Source: Octopus sinensis (taxonomy: Eukaryota). From it: a DNA stretch of 64,000 bases. Both the position numbers and the translations under genes were made by a program. Shown one piece after another: positions 1 through 14,453 of this stretch (position 1 is the first letter of the stretch; each line of letters opens with the position of its first letter). The stretch is from NCBI RefSeq assembly GCF_006345805.1, contig NC_042999.1, positions 142,972,001 through 143,036,000 of the forward strand. Reading direction: 5' to 3'. The notes under the pieces were generated by a model, which saw only the letters and a list, made by a program, of their open reading frames with translations, was not told the origin of the DNA and ran no database searches.

Positions 1-1304
1 GGAGAAATATTACCTAACTTGCAAACATGTGGGTTAGTGACAGGAAGGGCATCTGGCTATAGAAAATCCATCTCGACAAAATTCAATCCAACCTGTTTAA
101 GATGGACAAGTGGATAGTGTGGCATTTTTCAACTGGATGCCTTTCATGTCGTTAACCCATACCTTAGAAAGGGAGAAGCTATGATCTGATTTATTTGAAG
201 TGAGGTGTCAGTAAATATCAGTTTTTGCTCAGGGCTTTTCACACATGTATGTATATGTATATATGCTTGTGTTTGTGAAAATATTCTTGTGTGTGTAACG
301 TGTTTAACATTTATTTTTCAGTGTTAGAATAGATTGGATGAAGCATTATTTTACAGCTGGATGCTTGCATGTGACTAACCTTTAATGGTTTTCAAATAAG
401 AGATTATTTTATTCTCCTTTTTGAAAGCACAAAGCTCTGAGGCAATTTGTTAACAAGGAATATAAATATTGTCACTGGTTTTTGATCAAATGGCTTTGCA
501 CTCTCTCTACATGTGATAGTCTTCCGTACAGTTTCCATCTATCAGTTCCACTCATTGGCCTTTAGTTAGCCATGCACAATTAATACAAATCCTGTTCTTC
601 TGATTTGCTTAACTGTTATGGTTATCTTTACTTCAGTTCTGGAAACTACTAGCACCTTCAATTGAGTGCTGCCAATAAGTGTTGTAATTGGATATCAGTA
701 ATGTAAGCATTACTTTCTATTTGTAAGAGCATTTATACAGCTTGGGTGTTTTAGAGATGGATAATAATAGTAATATAAAGAATGTGATGATATTTAGACT
801 CAGCTAAAAGGATGAAAGATTGAGTGACGTGTTTTCAATTCTCCAACAAATTCAACCTGGCTATGTAAACTGGCACCAGTTGCCATGCCCTAATCAATAG
901 TCTGTGGAACTGATTGGTTATGCTTTAACAGTTGGCAAGAGGTGGGGAAAATAGTCATGCGGAACATTGATCTTTAAGATATTTTGCAGAATTAAGGTGT
1001 TACCCTCTCTTTGCTTTATGTCCTTTTTTCCAGTACTGGCATAACTTGAACCATATTTGCAAATTATCCTCATTTCCTCTTAGATATTGACCAGCTTCTT
1101 GTCTGTCTATCCTAGTCACCATAACTATGTAGTTCTTTTTTTACAGCTCTGTCTTATAACCCAATGCTTTAAGTTACATATTTTGTTTACAAGAATTTGT
1201 TGTAACCTGCTGCTTGAAACTTGTTTGCATCCCGGTCTAATTCTAAATTGCCATATTTATCTTTTACACTCAGTATATTGTTTGTCCTCAAAGTTAATTT
1301 TAAA

Positions 1305-1495
1305 GTTATTTGGTCTCTGTGTAAATGTCTGGTCACTAAGGGATTCATATCAAATGAAGGTATAAAAAGATATATCTTAAAAAAACACTATTTTATTAGA
1401 AGATAGTGCATGCTAGATATTTTTAGATATATCTTTTTATACCTTCATTTAATATGAATCCCTTAGTGGCCAGACATTTACAGAGACCAAATAAC
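1305..1495. repeat. Fold-back inverted repeat (~80 bp arms, ~35 nt loop), MITE-like
   Basis: gttatttggtctctgt...gatatatct pairs with agatatatc...acagagaccaaataac. Confidence 0.85.
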
Positions 1496-3319
1496 ATATG
1501 TAACAGTTGTTGATTGATGGCTTACATATGAAAACAAGTAATTTATGGAGAATGGTCATTATAGTACTGGTGCAGTGCTGTTCATCAAATTATGACTTGA
1601 TATGTCTTATAGGGATAAATAGTGATATGTTAAAATTTAATTGTAGGTCATAATTGAGATGGCTTGAGCAGCTTGGTTTTATGACCAACTTCTAAAAAAA
1701 AAACTGGCTTCACACTCGAGTGGTTTGTTTATAAAAGCTAATGTAACTGGGTGAAATGAAATCAGTTACATAGTAAGTTTTGATTAAGTTTAAACAAAGT
1801 CCTCTAATCAGTTCTCTTTTTGAAACCTGTTTTTGAAGGTATGGATTAAGCTGGTATAAAAACTCAATATCCAGCTGTTTCAAAACTCATGGATGACTTG
1901 TTTTTCATTTGATGGAAGCTTTTTCAAATGCTACAGCCATTGTGTTGTACTCTTAGGCAAAGCTCATCCTGGAGGTTATGCTGGATCAAGAGTGGAAAGG
2001 TTAAGAGTGCCTATATCTAAGTATGTCTAGTTATGTGCATGTATGTGTGTGTTCTCTTTTTGATTGATTAAAGCCTTTCTGTAAGGATCTGTTTTCTAAC
2101 AAAGATACAAAGCACCATCGTTTGAATGTGGATAAGAAAAACTGTCACAGGTCAAACTTGAGAAAAGTCTTGCATATTTTTAGTTGGTTGGTTTCTTTTT
2201 CTGAAAACTCTAGTTTTTCTAGATTGCCATTAAAGCATTTATTAACAGAACTAGGTGCACCAATTATTGGTATAAATGTGAATTTATAATCTGGGTGTAG
2301 AAGTTGGTTTCAAAGTAGTTGTCTGTAGTTATATGTATGTATGCATAATTATATATAAACTTGGTTTAAGGGCTGTTTTTCCATTCTTGTATGAGTCAGG
2401 TGAAATTTATTGTTGCAGATTTTCTATCACTAGCACTTGTTTCCAAGCAAATCAATATTTTCCCTAATCTTAATATGAACAATACAATAATAAAACATGT
2501 TTTTATGGAAGAGTGCAAAAAAGTGACATTGCATGGTGATGACATTTGTTTAGAGTTAGCTACTGTCATTTTTAACTCCCAATCCACTCACAAGCTTTTG
2601 GCTGGCCTGGGCTCTGTGTGTACTTATAGTTTTATGCAAGTGTATGTGTATATACTTATATTATACCAAAACAGACTTGAAACCTGGGCAGTTCTCCAGT
2701 TTTCCAGCTCCTGTCAAGCCATCTAACCCATGCCAGCATGGAAAACAGATGCTAATTGATGATTTTTATATATATATATATAATATACACACACTCACAC
2801 ATACATGTATGTAGTATGTATATGAATATGTGTGTAAAAGTTGTAAAGTTTGTGAAAATGTTTTATGTAATGCAAAATATCTGATATAGAATTTAATACA
2901 TTGAATAGAGTGGATAGATATGTTCTTTAAAAAAGACCAACTATTCTGGCTTCAGAAATTTTTCTTTATTACTTATAAATTGTGAATAATTTGAATTAGC
3001 TGGTTCTATTTTCATTGTAAAATATTACTTGAAAATTTCACTGAACTGATTTTTTCTTTTCATTTTTATGTTAGCTATACTATTTGGCAGGTATTCAACT
3101 GATTACTCTACAAATTTAGTTTATTTTTGGTAGATGTCTGCTCAAGTGCCCTCCCCCACCTCACTTAGACATACATCTGATTGTTACATGTGTACACGTG
3201 CACTGGAAGATATGCTTTGGTTGAGAATAAGTCGAACACTTCCATTAACTGTTGTATCACTTATGTACTATTCATCCTAAATTTCTGTATTTGTATTTAC
3301 TTGTTTTTGCAAGGAATAG

Positions 3320-3322
<3 letters not shown>

Positions 3323-3360
<38 letters not shown>
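3323..3360. repeat. (TA)n microsatellite
   Basis: Read directly from sequence. Confidence 0.95.
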
Positions 3361-3362
<2 letters not shown>

Positions 3363-3964
3363 CATCATTTAATGTTTATATTATATGCTGGGATAGGTTT
3401 AGTAGTTTGGCAAGATCAGACTAGCCTGAGGGTTACATTAACAAAGTTTCTATGGCTGGGTACCCTTTCTAATGTTAATTGTGCTTTGTGGCACCAGCAC
3501 AATAGTCATCAACTCACAAGTCCCCATGATAGAATGGGTGATGCAGTATTGAGAGAGATGGCTTTGCCAGGCATTGGAAGGCTAAAGTATTAGGGAAGGA
3601 CAAGATATGGTGTCTTGCTGTAGGGGATTTACATGGCTACTCCAACAGGCAAGGAGAAAGATGGAGATGAGATAAGGTATCAGAACATACTGTCACGGCA
3701 TAAGAGGGTTGATAAAGAGAGAATTGAATATGGGTGAGTAAGTAGGTTTGTGAGTGTGTGTGTGAAAGGATATTGACAGATAGTAGAGATGAGGACAGAA
3801 GTGAAAGCAGAAAATGGTGAACATGGATGGAGGAACTTGAGGAAAATAGTGAGTTATGGAGGAAGAGGTGAAAGGTGGTAATATTGATGCAGTGCTGACT
3901 TGGATTATTGAAGATTTTCTAGGAATAATGAATAAAAGGTTAAACTGATGTTATTTTGCTCTTT

Positions 3965-5310
3965 GTTATGTTGTATGAGGAATTTAAGATGGACTGTCCC
4001 TGGGAGCTCCTCTATGCTGGTGACCTTGTTCTTATAGCCAAATCACTACCAGAACTAGTGAAAAAATTTCAGGTGTGGAAGCAAGGCCTAAGAAAAAAGG
4101 GCCTTACATTTAATCTAGCCAAAACCAAAGTGGGAGAGTAGACAAATCACAAATCCCTTCAGGTAGATGGCCCTGCTTGATATGTAAAAAAAGGTGTGGG
4201 TAGTAACTCCATAAGATGTACCTGGTACAAGCTATGGACATGTCATCATCATCGTTTAACGTCCGTTCTCCATGCAAGCATGGGTTGGACAGTTCGACCA
4301 GGGATCTGGGAAGCCAGAAGGCTGCATCAGGCTCCAGTCTTATCTGGCAATGTTTCTACAGCTGGATGCCCTTCCTAATGCCAACCACTCCGTGAGTGTA
4401 GTGGGTGCTTTTTACGTGCCACCTGTGTAAGTGCAGCAATATAATAGGAAGGTTAACAGGGAAAATAATTTTTGTGTGGAAGGTGCACAGGTACAATTAA
4501 CACTAAAAATATACAGACAATAGACTCCACCCAATGGCAGTAGTAGTTGATAGCTTCCATTACCTAGGTGGATAGTCAGTAGTGGAGGTGAGTGCTCTGA
4601 GAGCACAGCTGCTTGAATAAGAATGGGCTGGGCAAAGTTCAGAGAGCTCTTACCTCTTAGTAATGAAGGGCTTCTCCCTCAGAGTGAAAGGCAGATTGTA
4701 TGATGCCTGTGTGTGAACAGCCATGCTACATGGCAGTGAAACAGGCTGTGGCTGCAGAGGACATGCGAAGGCTTGAGAGAAATGAAACTAGTATGCTCCA
4801 CTGGATGTATAATGTCAGTGTGTAAGCATCTTGAGAGAAAATTTGGGCATAAGAGGCATCAGTTGTGGTGTGCAAGAGACGACTGCACTGGTATTATGTA
4901 ATGTGTATGGATGAGGACAGCTGTGTGAAGTGCTGATCTCTAACTGGAGGGAACTTGTGGAAGAGGTAGACTTAGAATGACCTGGGATGATGTAATGAAG
5001 CATGATCTTCAAATGTTGATCCTCATGGAAGCAATGACAACTGTCTGAGACCTTTGGCTATATGCTGTGCTTAAGAAGACACATCAAGCCAAGTGAGGTT
5101 GTAGTTGTGGCCAATGCCAGTGTTTTGTAACTGGCACCTGTGCTGGTGGCACATAAAAAGCACCCACTACACTCTTTGAGTGGTTGGTGTTAGGAAGGGC
5201 ATCAAGCTGTAGAAATCATACCAAATCAGATAGAAACCTGGTGCATCACCCTAGCTTATCAGTTTTTAGTCAAACTGTCCAACCCATGCCAGCATGGAAA
5301 AAGGACTTAA
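3965..5310 (+). mobile_element. 5'-truncated, decayed RTE-like non-LTR retrotransposon
   Basis: RT fragment WELLYAGDLVLIAKSLPEL...NLAKTKV, then a ...MGWAKFREL...-like segment and the family 3' tail (agggcatc...aacccatgccagcatgg...tgatg). Confidence 0.8.
4244..4423 (-). mobile_element. Antisense copy of the LINE-tail/SINE-like repeat nested inside the LINE
   Basis: catcatcatcgtttaacgtcc...ggatgcccttcc...acgtgccacc interrupts the + strand LINE. Confidence 0.8.
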
Positions 5311-5824
5311 AATGATGTATATAGTACATAGTTTTACATTTGTTATACTAAATGTATGTATATTTGCAGTATTCCCAACACCTGCACCCACCTGTGTACT
5401 CCCCTCTATCTCCCTCTCTTTTGCAAACCTACCTGCACACAATATGTTCCTGTTGAATCTCTTCACAACATATCTTCTTCCTCTTACCTATACATTTCTC
5501 CCTCTACTTGTGCCTACTTACTATATTCCCCTCCCTTCCATCTTCCACTCTCCTTTCTCAGTCTTATGCACGTACCTACCCGTTCACCTAATATCATCTG
5601 TGGTCCATTTCACTATATACACCTCTTTGTAACTTGGGTGTATTCCCTGCCACATTGTTATCTTCTTTCTCCAACTTAGGTAGCCATGTATCTCCTCTAC
5701 TGCAGTACACCTATTTCTGTCCTTTTCATACTCTAACTTCTCATCACATAACACAAAGCTACTTCTCTCAGTACTACTCAATCTCTGTTGAGGGGCTTTG
5801 TCTTGGATGTTATTTAGTGACCTT

Positions 5825-6003
5825 ACTGTTGTTGGTGTCACATATAAAGCACCCAGTAGTCTGTGAAGTGGTTGGCATTGAGGGCATCCAACCATACAAA
5901 TCATGCCAAAGCAAACAGTAGAGCTTGGTATAGTCTTCTGACTTGCCAGCTTCTGTGAAACTGTTGAACCCATTCCATCATGGAAGGAGGATGTTAGATG
6001 ATG
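5825..6003 (+). mobile_element. RTE-like LINE 3'-tail / SINE-like copy
   Basis: Same tail motif (gagggcatccaacc...tcatggaagg...gatgatg). Confidence 0.65.
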
Positions 6004-6988
6004 TAAAGTGCAACAGTTCTTTTATTATGCAAAACATGTTGTCCTTTACAAAACTTTTTAATGTTTTACAGTTCTGTGATGAGTATCTCTGATGTTGATG
6101 TCCATTGATATAAAAAAACAAACAAACAAATTGCTCCATCCTACAGTGATGACATTTAAGATGCTTAAAACATATTTAGATGTCAAATTTAAACTTTACT
6201 ATTCTTCTCTAATGCAGGTTTTTTGAAACTCATTTACAATTTGTCTAAAACTCAATTGCTTGTTTCTAGTTATCTATAACTACTTAGCCTTTCTTTCAAT
6301 ATCCTTTTTTCCATTACCTCTTCATCTCTATTGCTATTTATGAACATTGTCTTATAAATCGTCTGGTTAGGCCATGATTTAAATGATATTAAATATGAAA
6401 TTTAGTCTTTGCCAAATCTTGAACTTTGTAAAATATGTCATTTTGCTGGTATTGTACTTTACTCACAAACAGTGTAATATAGCTTAACTTTGTTCTTGTA
6501 TATTTTCCTTTTTTTTCTTGTCCTATATATTCTTATTTTTTTCTTTTATAAATTATTTTCATAATCTCTATGTCCTTCATTTTTTTTTGTTTTTGCTGAT
6601 CTTTCTGATAGCTTGCACACTTGTAATTTACTCTTCCTGTTATGTAGAGAACCAACTCTGAAAAAATGAGGCTTCTCCAGCAATAATAGCCCCATCTTGG
6701 AGTTGGATAAGTGTAACACTTTGTTCAGTAGCACTACATATTTGGAAGAGTAGACGATGCCCTGTGTCTTTTGTCTGCCTGTCTAGATTAGTGTGATTAC
6801 TGTTTAGCTTTAACTTTTTGCTTATAGGAATTTCTAAGAAGGGTTTTCCAGAAGGCAGCAGTTCTGAGATGGAGGGATTGAGTAGTGTTAAGAGTGAATG
6901 TTAGATGATGAAATGCAGTAGGGATGATAGGGAAGGGAGCAGTATGTAAATTAGGTATTTTTCGGAAATGAGAATAGTGGAAGCTGCT

Positions 6989-7030
<42 letters not shown>
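6989..7030. repeat. (GTA)n microsatellite
   Basis: Read directly from sequence. Confidence 0.95.
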
Positions 7031-10000
7031 CTACTCCTCTGGACCAGGTGTATTTGAGATTCACTGAGAATCTTCTATAATCATCCAGAGACTTTTTTTT
7101 TTGTGTTAGGATGTGGTTGTGCCTGGTAAGAGGTCAGCAACTGGCCAAGGAATCTTAATCATTAAGTGATATGATTTTGTATGATTGTAACCCTATAGTG
7201 AGACCTAGTGTTTATAGCAATTTTGAGAAGTTGTGTGATATGTGAGAAAGTGTAGTACTTTCCTTGGTATGTTTAGTAATTGTCTTGGTATTGTAAGTGG
7301 TCACACCTCAGAAAAATTTGAGGTGCATCATAGAAGCCATAGAAGCTTTGTCATGAATTATCTATATTAAGTGTTAAGCACTGAATGTGATAGTTTGAGT
7401 GAGAGGTTAAAACATGAAGTCATTTTGCTAATGTGTGTGATGTGAGTTAGGTGTAACCTCATACTTTATGGATATTTGAAGTAAAAGGATATGTGTAGAG
7501 AGGGTGAATAACAGGTTGTTTATTCAGTGGTGACTTAATTTGTAGAAGCAGGATATACATCTGTGAACTTACTCAGGTGTTTATATTTAGATCAGAAAAC
7601 ACTTTTATGTTGTTCAGTATTCTGTTTTTATATTCTGGTGGAGGAGGACTATTACTCTTTTTGTATTAGGGTGACTGAAGATGGTACTGTTAAGTTAAAA
7701 ACATGGTCAATGCAACTTAGTTTTCAAAAATACAGAAATATGCACTACAGTTTAGTGGGATTTGTTTAGCATCAGGTTATTGTTGATTGAACTGACATCA
7801 ATCGTTCAAGCTGTGGCTTTCTCCTTCTTAGCGTATCTAAGACTACATTAGTCAGTGTCTCTTTTTTTTTTTATTTTGAAAATAGTATGGTGTGATGTAA
7901 AATTTTACTTTCAGTATGTTAGGTGATCATAAAGAGGCTCCTTCAGTGGGTTGGGGTATTAAAAGTTTGGGATAATGATGGATCCTTCTTTGCTGGACAC
8001 TAGTGCAAGGTATTAACCAGCAGATATGCTAATGCCTACTTGCTTTAGATTCAAATAGTTCTCATTGTTATCTAAGATTTTTGCCTTGATGTTTAGCATG
8101 CCAGCAGTGTCAAAGACACTGCTGATGTGTTAGGTAAGCAAAAATTTAATCAGTAGAAGACTTTTTGGAATTCTAATTAGAATTGCTTAGGCACGAGGTT
8201 TAGCTATTCTAAGATATGCTGTTACTTTAGACCTGAATGTGATGGAGTGATGGCAAATCAGAAGTCTCTAGTTTTTTTTTTTTTTTTTTTTTTTACCGTA
8301 ATGCTACATAATTAATCCTTTAGCATTCAGATTTCTTTGTCAAATGCAGTGCTTATTTATTCACACTGATATGAATTAGTCATGCATTAGCTTGTAGCTT
8401 TGAAATTTCAATGACCAGATTGTTTATCTTTAGAATAATATTTATTGTAGGTTAAGTGTAAGAGGCTGGATCTGGCCAGTTTGGAGATAAAACAGGTAAA
8501 TCATTTTGGCCAGATGTGGCCAGTTTAAATGCCTAAGGATTTAAAACTAAAAGAGACGACTGGATGTACAGTAGTTAATTTAAAAGCTGTAGAATTGCCA
8601 TTTCTGAACATTAAGCAAATTTGGCAGTTATGGGAATAAAGTAAAAGGGCTCATGTTAACCAGTAGAGTGGGCAAGGGAAGATTTGTTTGTTAGAAATTG
8701 AGTGGCGGATTTATGGAAGTGTTTGTCTTGGCAGGAGAAGCACTGTTAATAGAACAAACCATCCAAGTTGAAGAGAGAAAGAGAGAATTGTTTATTCATT
8801 AATGTTTGGCAAGAGACCAGAATGATTGGCTATAGTTGAGAAGAATAGTATTTTGGCAGTATAGTTAAAATAAATTTTGTCTGAGAATGACCTTTATAGC
8901 AATTTGGCTGAAATAAACAATTGATGCTAAGTGCCACTAGGAGTGGCTTTTTTTTCCCTCAAGTCTTTGATTACCATTTTTTGTGTGTATCCCCACAGCA
9001 AAATAGAAGTATTTGCATTTGTATGTAAGCTACTTTAAGATATTGGGTTCTTGGCTTTTCAAATAATTGGAAATAAATTTAGTCATTACAAGGAGAATTA
9101 TACTTTCTATTGTAACACAGGTGATAGTGGGGGGTCAACTGTTGGTAAAAAGCGAATGATAATTTGTGTAAAATTAGTGGAAGTTCAACTAATTGGCAGA
9201 TATAAATAGCTAGTGTTTGAAGTGGTAGTGGAAGTTCAGTATAGTTGTATTGTATGTAAATAGTGGTTATTGGAGCTTTTGAATTAAAAACTGGTTTAAT
9301 TTCACATTATTGATACATGTTGATTAATGATAAAAGATGCTTCAGTTTTCATTCCAATTACAAACTCAGATTCTGGCTCAGGAGAAGAAATGGAGTGATA
9401 TGAGTGGTGTAAATAAGTAGACAATGATTTGGATCTGGTGGATTGGAATTAGGGACATAGTCAAATGTGGATAAGCATAATTCTCAAACTACATACCATA
9501 TATTTGATAGCATCTTGTTTGTTACCTCATGTTATATTACACATGCCCTTATCAACAGTTCTATTGTTCATCCATGCAAAGTTATGTAGCAGTTACATGC
9601 TAAATTTGATTGACTGTACTCTTTCCCTAGAAATGTTCTTAATAATTAAAAAACAAATTACATACTGAGTTGCAACTGTAAAAACTTGTTCCAATCCTCA
9701 GTTAAATGCTTCATTTAATTCACTTAATGGTTTTTGTCATGAAAGTTAAACTTTACATTTCTTTTATGTATAAGATCATAAACAGTAATCAAGTATATAT
9801 TAATTTCATATTAAGCTAATTGACACTAAGATTTCACTGAAGATTTGCATTTTAAGATTAAAGAGAAATCCTTGTTTGTAATCATCTGATTTTATAGTTA
9901 TATATATGTAGTATGCTTTTAAAATAACATTTCTTGATATTACTCTTTATCGGATACTTTATGATCCCTGACTAAGCATATGTACTTCTAGTGGTTAATT

Positions 10001-10344
10001 TTTTTTATCCTGTAGATATTAAAAATATAAGCTAAGTGTTTTGTAAATTCAGATATTGGCATGAATTACTGAAATATATTTTATAGATAGATTTTATTGT
10101 CCTTTAGCTGCAATTCAACATTGTGTTGCTCTATGATTAAAGGCTTTCTAGTTGTGACCATCTCATTTGAAGGACTATCTAGGACTACATTATCTTATGT
10201 CTGTTTTTTGTTTTTAGACAAATATTATTTAGGAGTCCTTTTGAGTGTTGGGCCTTATGGAGGCAGTGACCAAGATCTTTGGCATTATGTTGTGCTTGAG
10301 AAGACCCATGAAACTGAGTAAAATTGTTGTGGCAGATACCGGTG

Positions 10345-10536
10345 TCACGCAAATGGAACCCATGCTGGTGGCATGTAAAAGCACCAATTACACTCTTGGA
10401 GTGGTTGGCTTTAGGAAGGGCATCCAGCTGTAGAAAACCATGCCAAATCAGACTGGATCCTGGTGCAGCCTTCCAGTTTGCCAGCCCAGTCAAACCATCC
10501 AACCCATGCCAGCATGGACAATGGCTGTTAAATGAT
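10345..10536 (+). mobile_element. RTE-like LINE 3'-tail / SINE-like copy
   Basis: ggaagggcatccagctgtagaaaacc...aacccatgccagcatgg...aaatgatg. Confidence 0.75.
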
Positions 10537-10974
10537 GTTTTCCTTAGTAGATTTTGACTGACTTGCATGTTCTTTCCTGTGGTGTCTGCCACTGTCAAAA
10601 TCGAGAGATTAGACTCTTTTTAGAAAGTAGAGTTGCATATTGTTTGGTTTGGATATTTGTGAAATTATTCTACATAATCGGTTCAGATACCATTTTTTTT
10701 TTTCTTTCCATTATCTGAATGAATTTCATCATGGACATAAAATGTTTAACATATTCAAACATGTTTTTATATTCCCTCCCCACTGTTCCGTGTGTAAGTC
10801 CCATTGTACCTCTGACAGCATATAGTTCTCTCTCTCTTTGTTTGGTTCTCTTTCTCTAACTCTCACCTGCCTCTCCTTCATTGTCCTACAAAGGTAGCCA
10901 AATGTCTATAGTAAAACAACTGTCTCTGCACCTATATTCTCATCTCTCCTCTAGCACACAGCCACTTCTCTCAG

Positions 10975-11235
10975 CTGAGAGGTCTTTGACTTGCAAGTTA
11001 CTTGGCAACTCCACTGATGCTAGTGCCACGTAAAAAGCATCAGTGCTGGTGGTTTATAAAGAAAAAAAAACCTCCCAATACACTCTGTGAAGTGGTTGAC
11101 ATTAGGAAGGGCATCCAACTGTAGAAACCATGCCAAATCAGACAAATGGAACCTGGTACAACTCTCTGTCTTGCCAGCTCCTGTGAAACCATTCAACCTA
11201 TGCCAGCATGGATAATGAACATTAAATGGTGATAT
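10975..11235 (+). mobile_element. RTE-like LINE 3'-tail / SINE-like copy
   Basis: Same tail motif. Confidence 0.7.
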
Positions 11236-13031
11236 GTTTTAGTACATTAAATATGATTTAATGTTAGATTTTCCAAGCTTGCATGGATTTGATGTGTCAT
11301 CTTCTACGGTGTCTCATTTATTAGTCATTTGTCATCTCATTTAGCAGTTATTTATACTTTTTGTTTTACTTCCACTTAGATTCCAACAGTTGTTAATTGT
11401 CATATTTGTGAGAATTTTTAGTTTCATTTATTAACAAGAATTGTTTTAAGAAAATAATGAATTCAGTGCCAGTTCTGACTTAGGGAATGGCAGTGTTATT
11501 TCTTAAAATATAATAATCTTAATTATTTATATTGCCACTTGTTATCTAAAGATTGTGATATGAAAGTTTACATGTGCATTTATTACAATTTTAATAAAAT
11601 GGTATTAGTAATTTATTTTTCAGTTTTAAATAATTGCTGTTAACTTCTTTTAAATAAGTTTGCTGGAGTAGTAATTAAACTGTCAATTAACAATGTGAGA
11701 TGTTATGAAAATATTAAAATTGTGTTAATTTGTTTGTATTAATATGAATTTTTAATGACTAAATTTTGTTTTTACATTCAGAATATTGAATAATCTATAG
11801 CATAGTTTTTCAGCAAGTCAGAAGTTGTAAAATATTAAAAAACAGTTTTTATATTAAAAAAGTGATCTTCATTCAATGGTTTCTAGGTGAAAAGTTGACT
11901 AGTTGCTGTATAGCCCTAGTCAAGCATATTTGTGGCATATAAAAAGTTAGCCTGTTGACTAGGTGCAATCTGTATGCCATACCTCTATGTAGCTGAGGAT
12001 AATATAGCAAATTCTGGTATACAGTGGTTAATTTATGTGATAAGTGTTGTAGTCTGGGTATGTTGTAATTATCTCTATTGTTTTTGTATGTCTAGTTTCT
12101 GATGGTCTACCCAGTTCTGATGTGACAGTTGTTGCTTTTCTATACTTATTTGTGATAAGCATCCCAGTGCAAAGTTTGGTGCTAGTGATGTTATTGATGC
12201 TATTTCTAATTGGGCTGAGTAGGGAAGTTAATGTGGTTTTTGTTTGGTGATGAGTGTGCACACAGTGGCAGAGAGTATGGAAGTTGAAGTTTGATGCAAT
12301 AAACTGCCTTTTAAATGTTCAGGTGATCTATGGGTGCAGTCAATATGCAGTCTGAGAATGGAGAAGTGCAATGTATTCCCAGTAATTTGATTTGGTGTGG
12401 TAAAATTAGAAAATCTCAAATGGATAGACTATTGTTTGGACACTAATTTTGTGGCTTTTTTTGTATGTTGGCTGAATGTGTTTATGTGATTACTTTAGGG
12501 ATGTTTTACTTTCTACGCTACATGATTTGAGAATTTATAGAGGTGCTGAATGTAATAATTGCTAATATTCTTTTGGGTGTATGTCATTTGTTTGAGTGTG
12601 GTCATTGATTATAATTGAATTTCTGATGTTGCTGGTAAGGTAGATGATGATGGATTTAGTAATTATTTAATGAAAGATGTGACTAGTGTCATTTGAATAT
12701 GAGCCAGTGTATTTTTTTGAAATGTTGAATTTTTAGTTTAGGTGATAAGATATTACAGATTCTAAATATTAGGTAAGTTAGCAAATTTCTTTTTAGTTTT
12801 ATACCTTCATTTAAATGTTTGTGTCAGATTTATAACCTAAGTGAGTTCCTTCTTTCTCTTATCATTGTAGAGGACTATAACAACATAGCGACATTTTCAG
12901 CTTCTTTATATTTCAAATCTGTAACTTTTCTTAAAAAGAGTTTTTTTTTTTTTTTCCTCCCTTGTTAAATTTAAAGCTGAGTTCAACTTATGATATCTTG
13001 ATCTAATTCTATTCAATTTTTTTTATTGCAG

Positions 13032-13288
13032 ATGATCCAACTCGGTCACTCAGTGGTCTCATCCTCAAAAACAATGTTCGAGCTCACTTTGAGAAATTCC
13101 CTTCAGAAGTCACTAATTTCATCAAATCAGAATGTTTACAGAGTATTGGCGATTCTTCTCCGTTAATTCGGGCCACTATTGGCATTCTGATCACAACTAT
13201 AGTGGCAAAAGGGGAGTTGAGAAACTGGCCAGAACTGTTACCCAGTCTTTGTCAATGCCTAGACTCAGAAGATTACAGTGTTTGTGAG
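13032..13288 (+). CDS. TNPO1: Transportin exon ([14 protein letters not shown]...SEDYSVCE)
   Basis: ttgcag acceptor, gtaata donor, 257 nt, phase 1 to 0. Confidence 0.95.
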
Positions 13289-13587
13289 GTAATACTCTCA
13301 AATTATATAACTGTTACAGGAGGTTTAACAAATTTCTTTCAATATTTTCCTTAAGATAACTTATGCTACTAATTAACCTCATGTTTTATCTGTTACTGAG
13401 TATTTCCCATTCATAACCAGTGAATATTTCTAGTTTAACTAGTGAGAGAGATTGGCTTGCTCAGTTTCACAGACTGGGACACAAACTACTGTTGTTTTTC
13501 TTTGCTCTCTTCTCACATAATAGTGTCATTTCTGACAAAGAAAAATCGAAATAAAATAGCAACAATCATTTCTAAAAATTATTTCAG

Positions 13588-13721
13588 GGTGCTTTTGGTG
13601 CAATGCAGAAGATCTGTGAAGATTCTACTGAGGCACTTGACAGTGATCTTGTAAATCGACCGCTTAATATACTTATACCAAAGTTTCTTCACTTTTTTAA
13701 ACATAACAGTGCAAAAATTCG
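13588..13721 (+). CDS. TNPO1: Transportin exon ([13 protein letters not shown]...HNSAKIR)
   Basis: tttcag / gtaagt, 134 nt. Confidence 0.95.
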
Positions 13722-14371
13722 GTAAGTTTTCAAAAAAATGTCTTTCCTCTTGTTTTCATGTTCTCACATATTGAAACTATTTGTTTACCATCTATTCTTC
13801 AAAGACAAGTTGCTTCTAGTGTAGTCTTTTACACTAAGTTTAAGTGAACAGTAATTTCTCAGAATTTTAGGTTATTTCCTTTCTTAATAGAAGGCTGTAA
13901 ACTTAAATTTGCAAAGTTTTAAAAGTTTATTACTGGCTTACTATTTCAAACATTTTCAGTAATAATTACATTAAACTAATATTTTGGATAGTATGTCTCA
14001 CACAAGAAATAATCAATTTGTATTATCTAGTGGGTTTTTTTTTTGCTATCATTTCCACAGGTTTCACATTTGTTTAGTTTTAAATAATCATCTTTGTTCT
14101 TTATAAAATTTGATGATACAAAGCCGATTGTAGAATGTGTCTTATTGAGACTTGTTTCTATGTATTTTTTTTCACTGGTTTTAAGCCATCTGGCAGTGAC
14201 CATACAGGGTCTCTGTCACCATTTTATTCTTTTTATTGCATTTTTTAAGTTTGTGAACAACTAAGATGCATTTCAGTTGAAAGTTAATTTATATTTCCAC
14301 TAAATGAAAAAGACAATTTAAAATTTTCTGACAATCTTAAGTAATTCCTTTTTTTTTTTTTTTTTTTCCAG

Positions 14372-14453
14372 TTCACATGCCATTGCTTGTGTCAACCAGT
14401 TCATCATAAGTCGGACTCAGGCATTGATGATGCACATTGATTCCTTTATTGAA
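14372..14453 (+). CDS. TNPO1: Transportin exon ([10 protein letters not shown]...IDSFIE)
   Basis: poly-T tract then ccag / gtaagt, 82 nt. Confidence 0.95.

Noticed and set aside
1957-1999. Exon-like 43 nt (cttag|...ATGCTGGATCAAGAGTGGAAAG|gttaag) encoding MLDQEWK, reminiscent of the transportin N-terminus MEYEWKP
   Set aside because: The frame stops right after EWKG, the donor phase cannot give the expected P-D-E-Q-G, and no matching next exon was found. It is probably chance, although a cryptic exon cannot be excluded.
6800-12800. G/T-skewed stretches that may be ancient antisense LINE remnants; similar C-rich stretch at ~57400-58450
   Set aside because: Only compositional skew and faint peptide hints were seen. 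Boundaries and family cannot be supported without a profile search.
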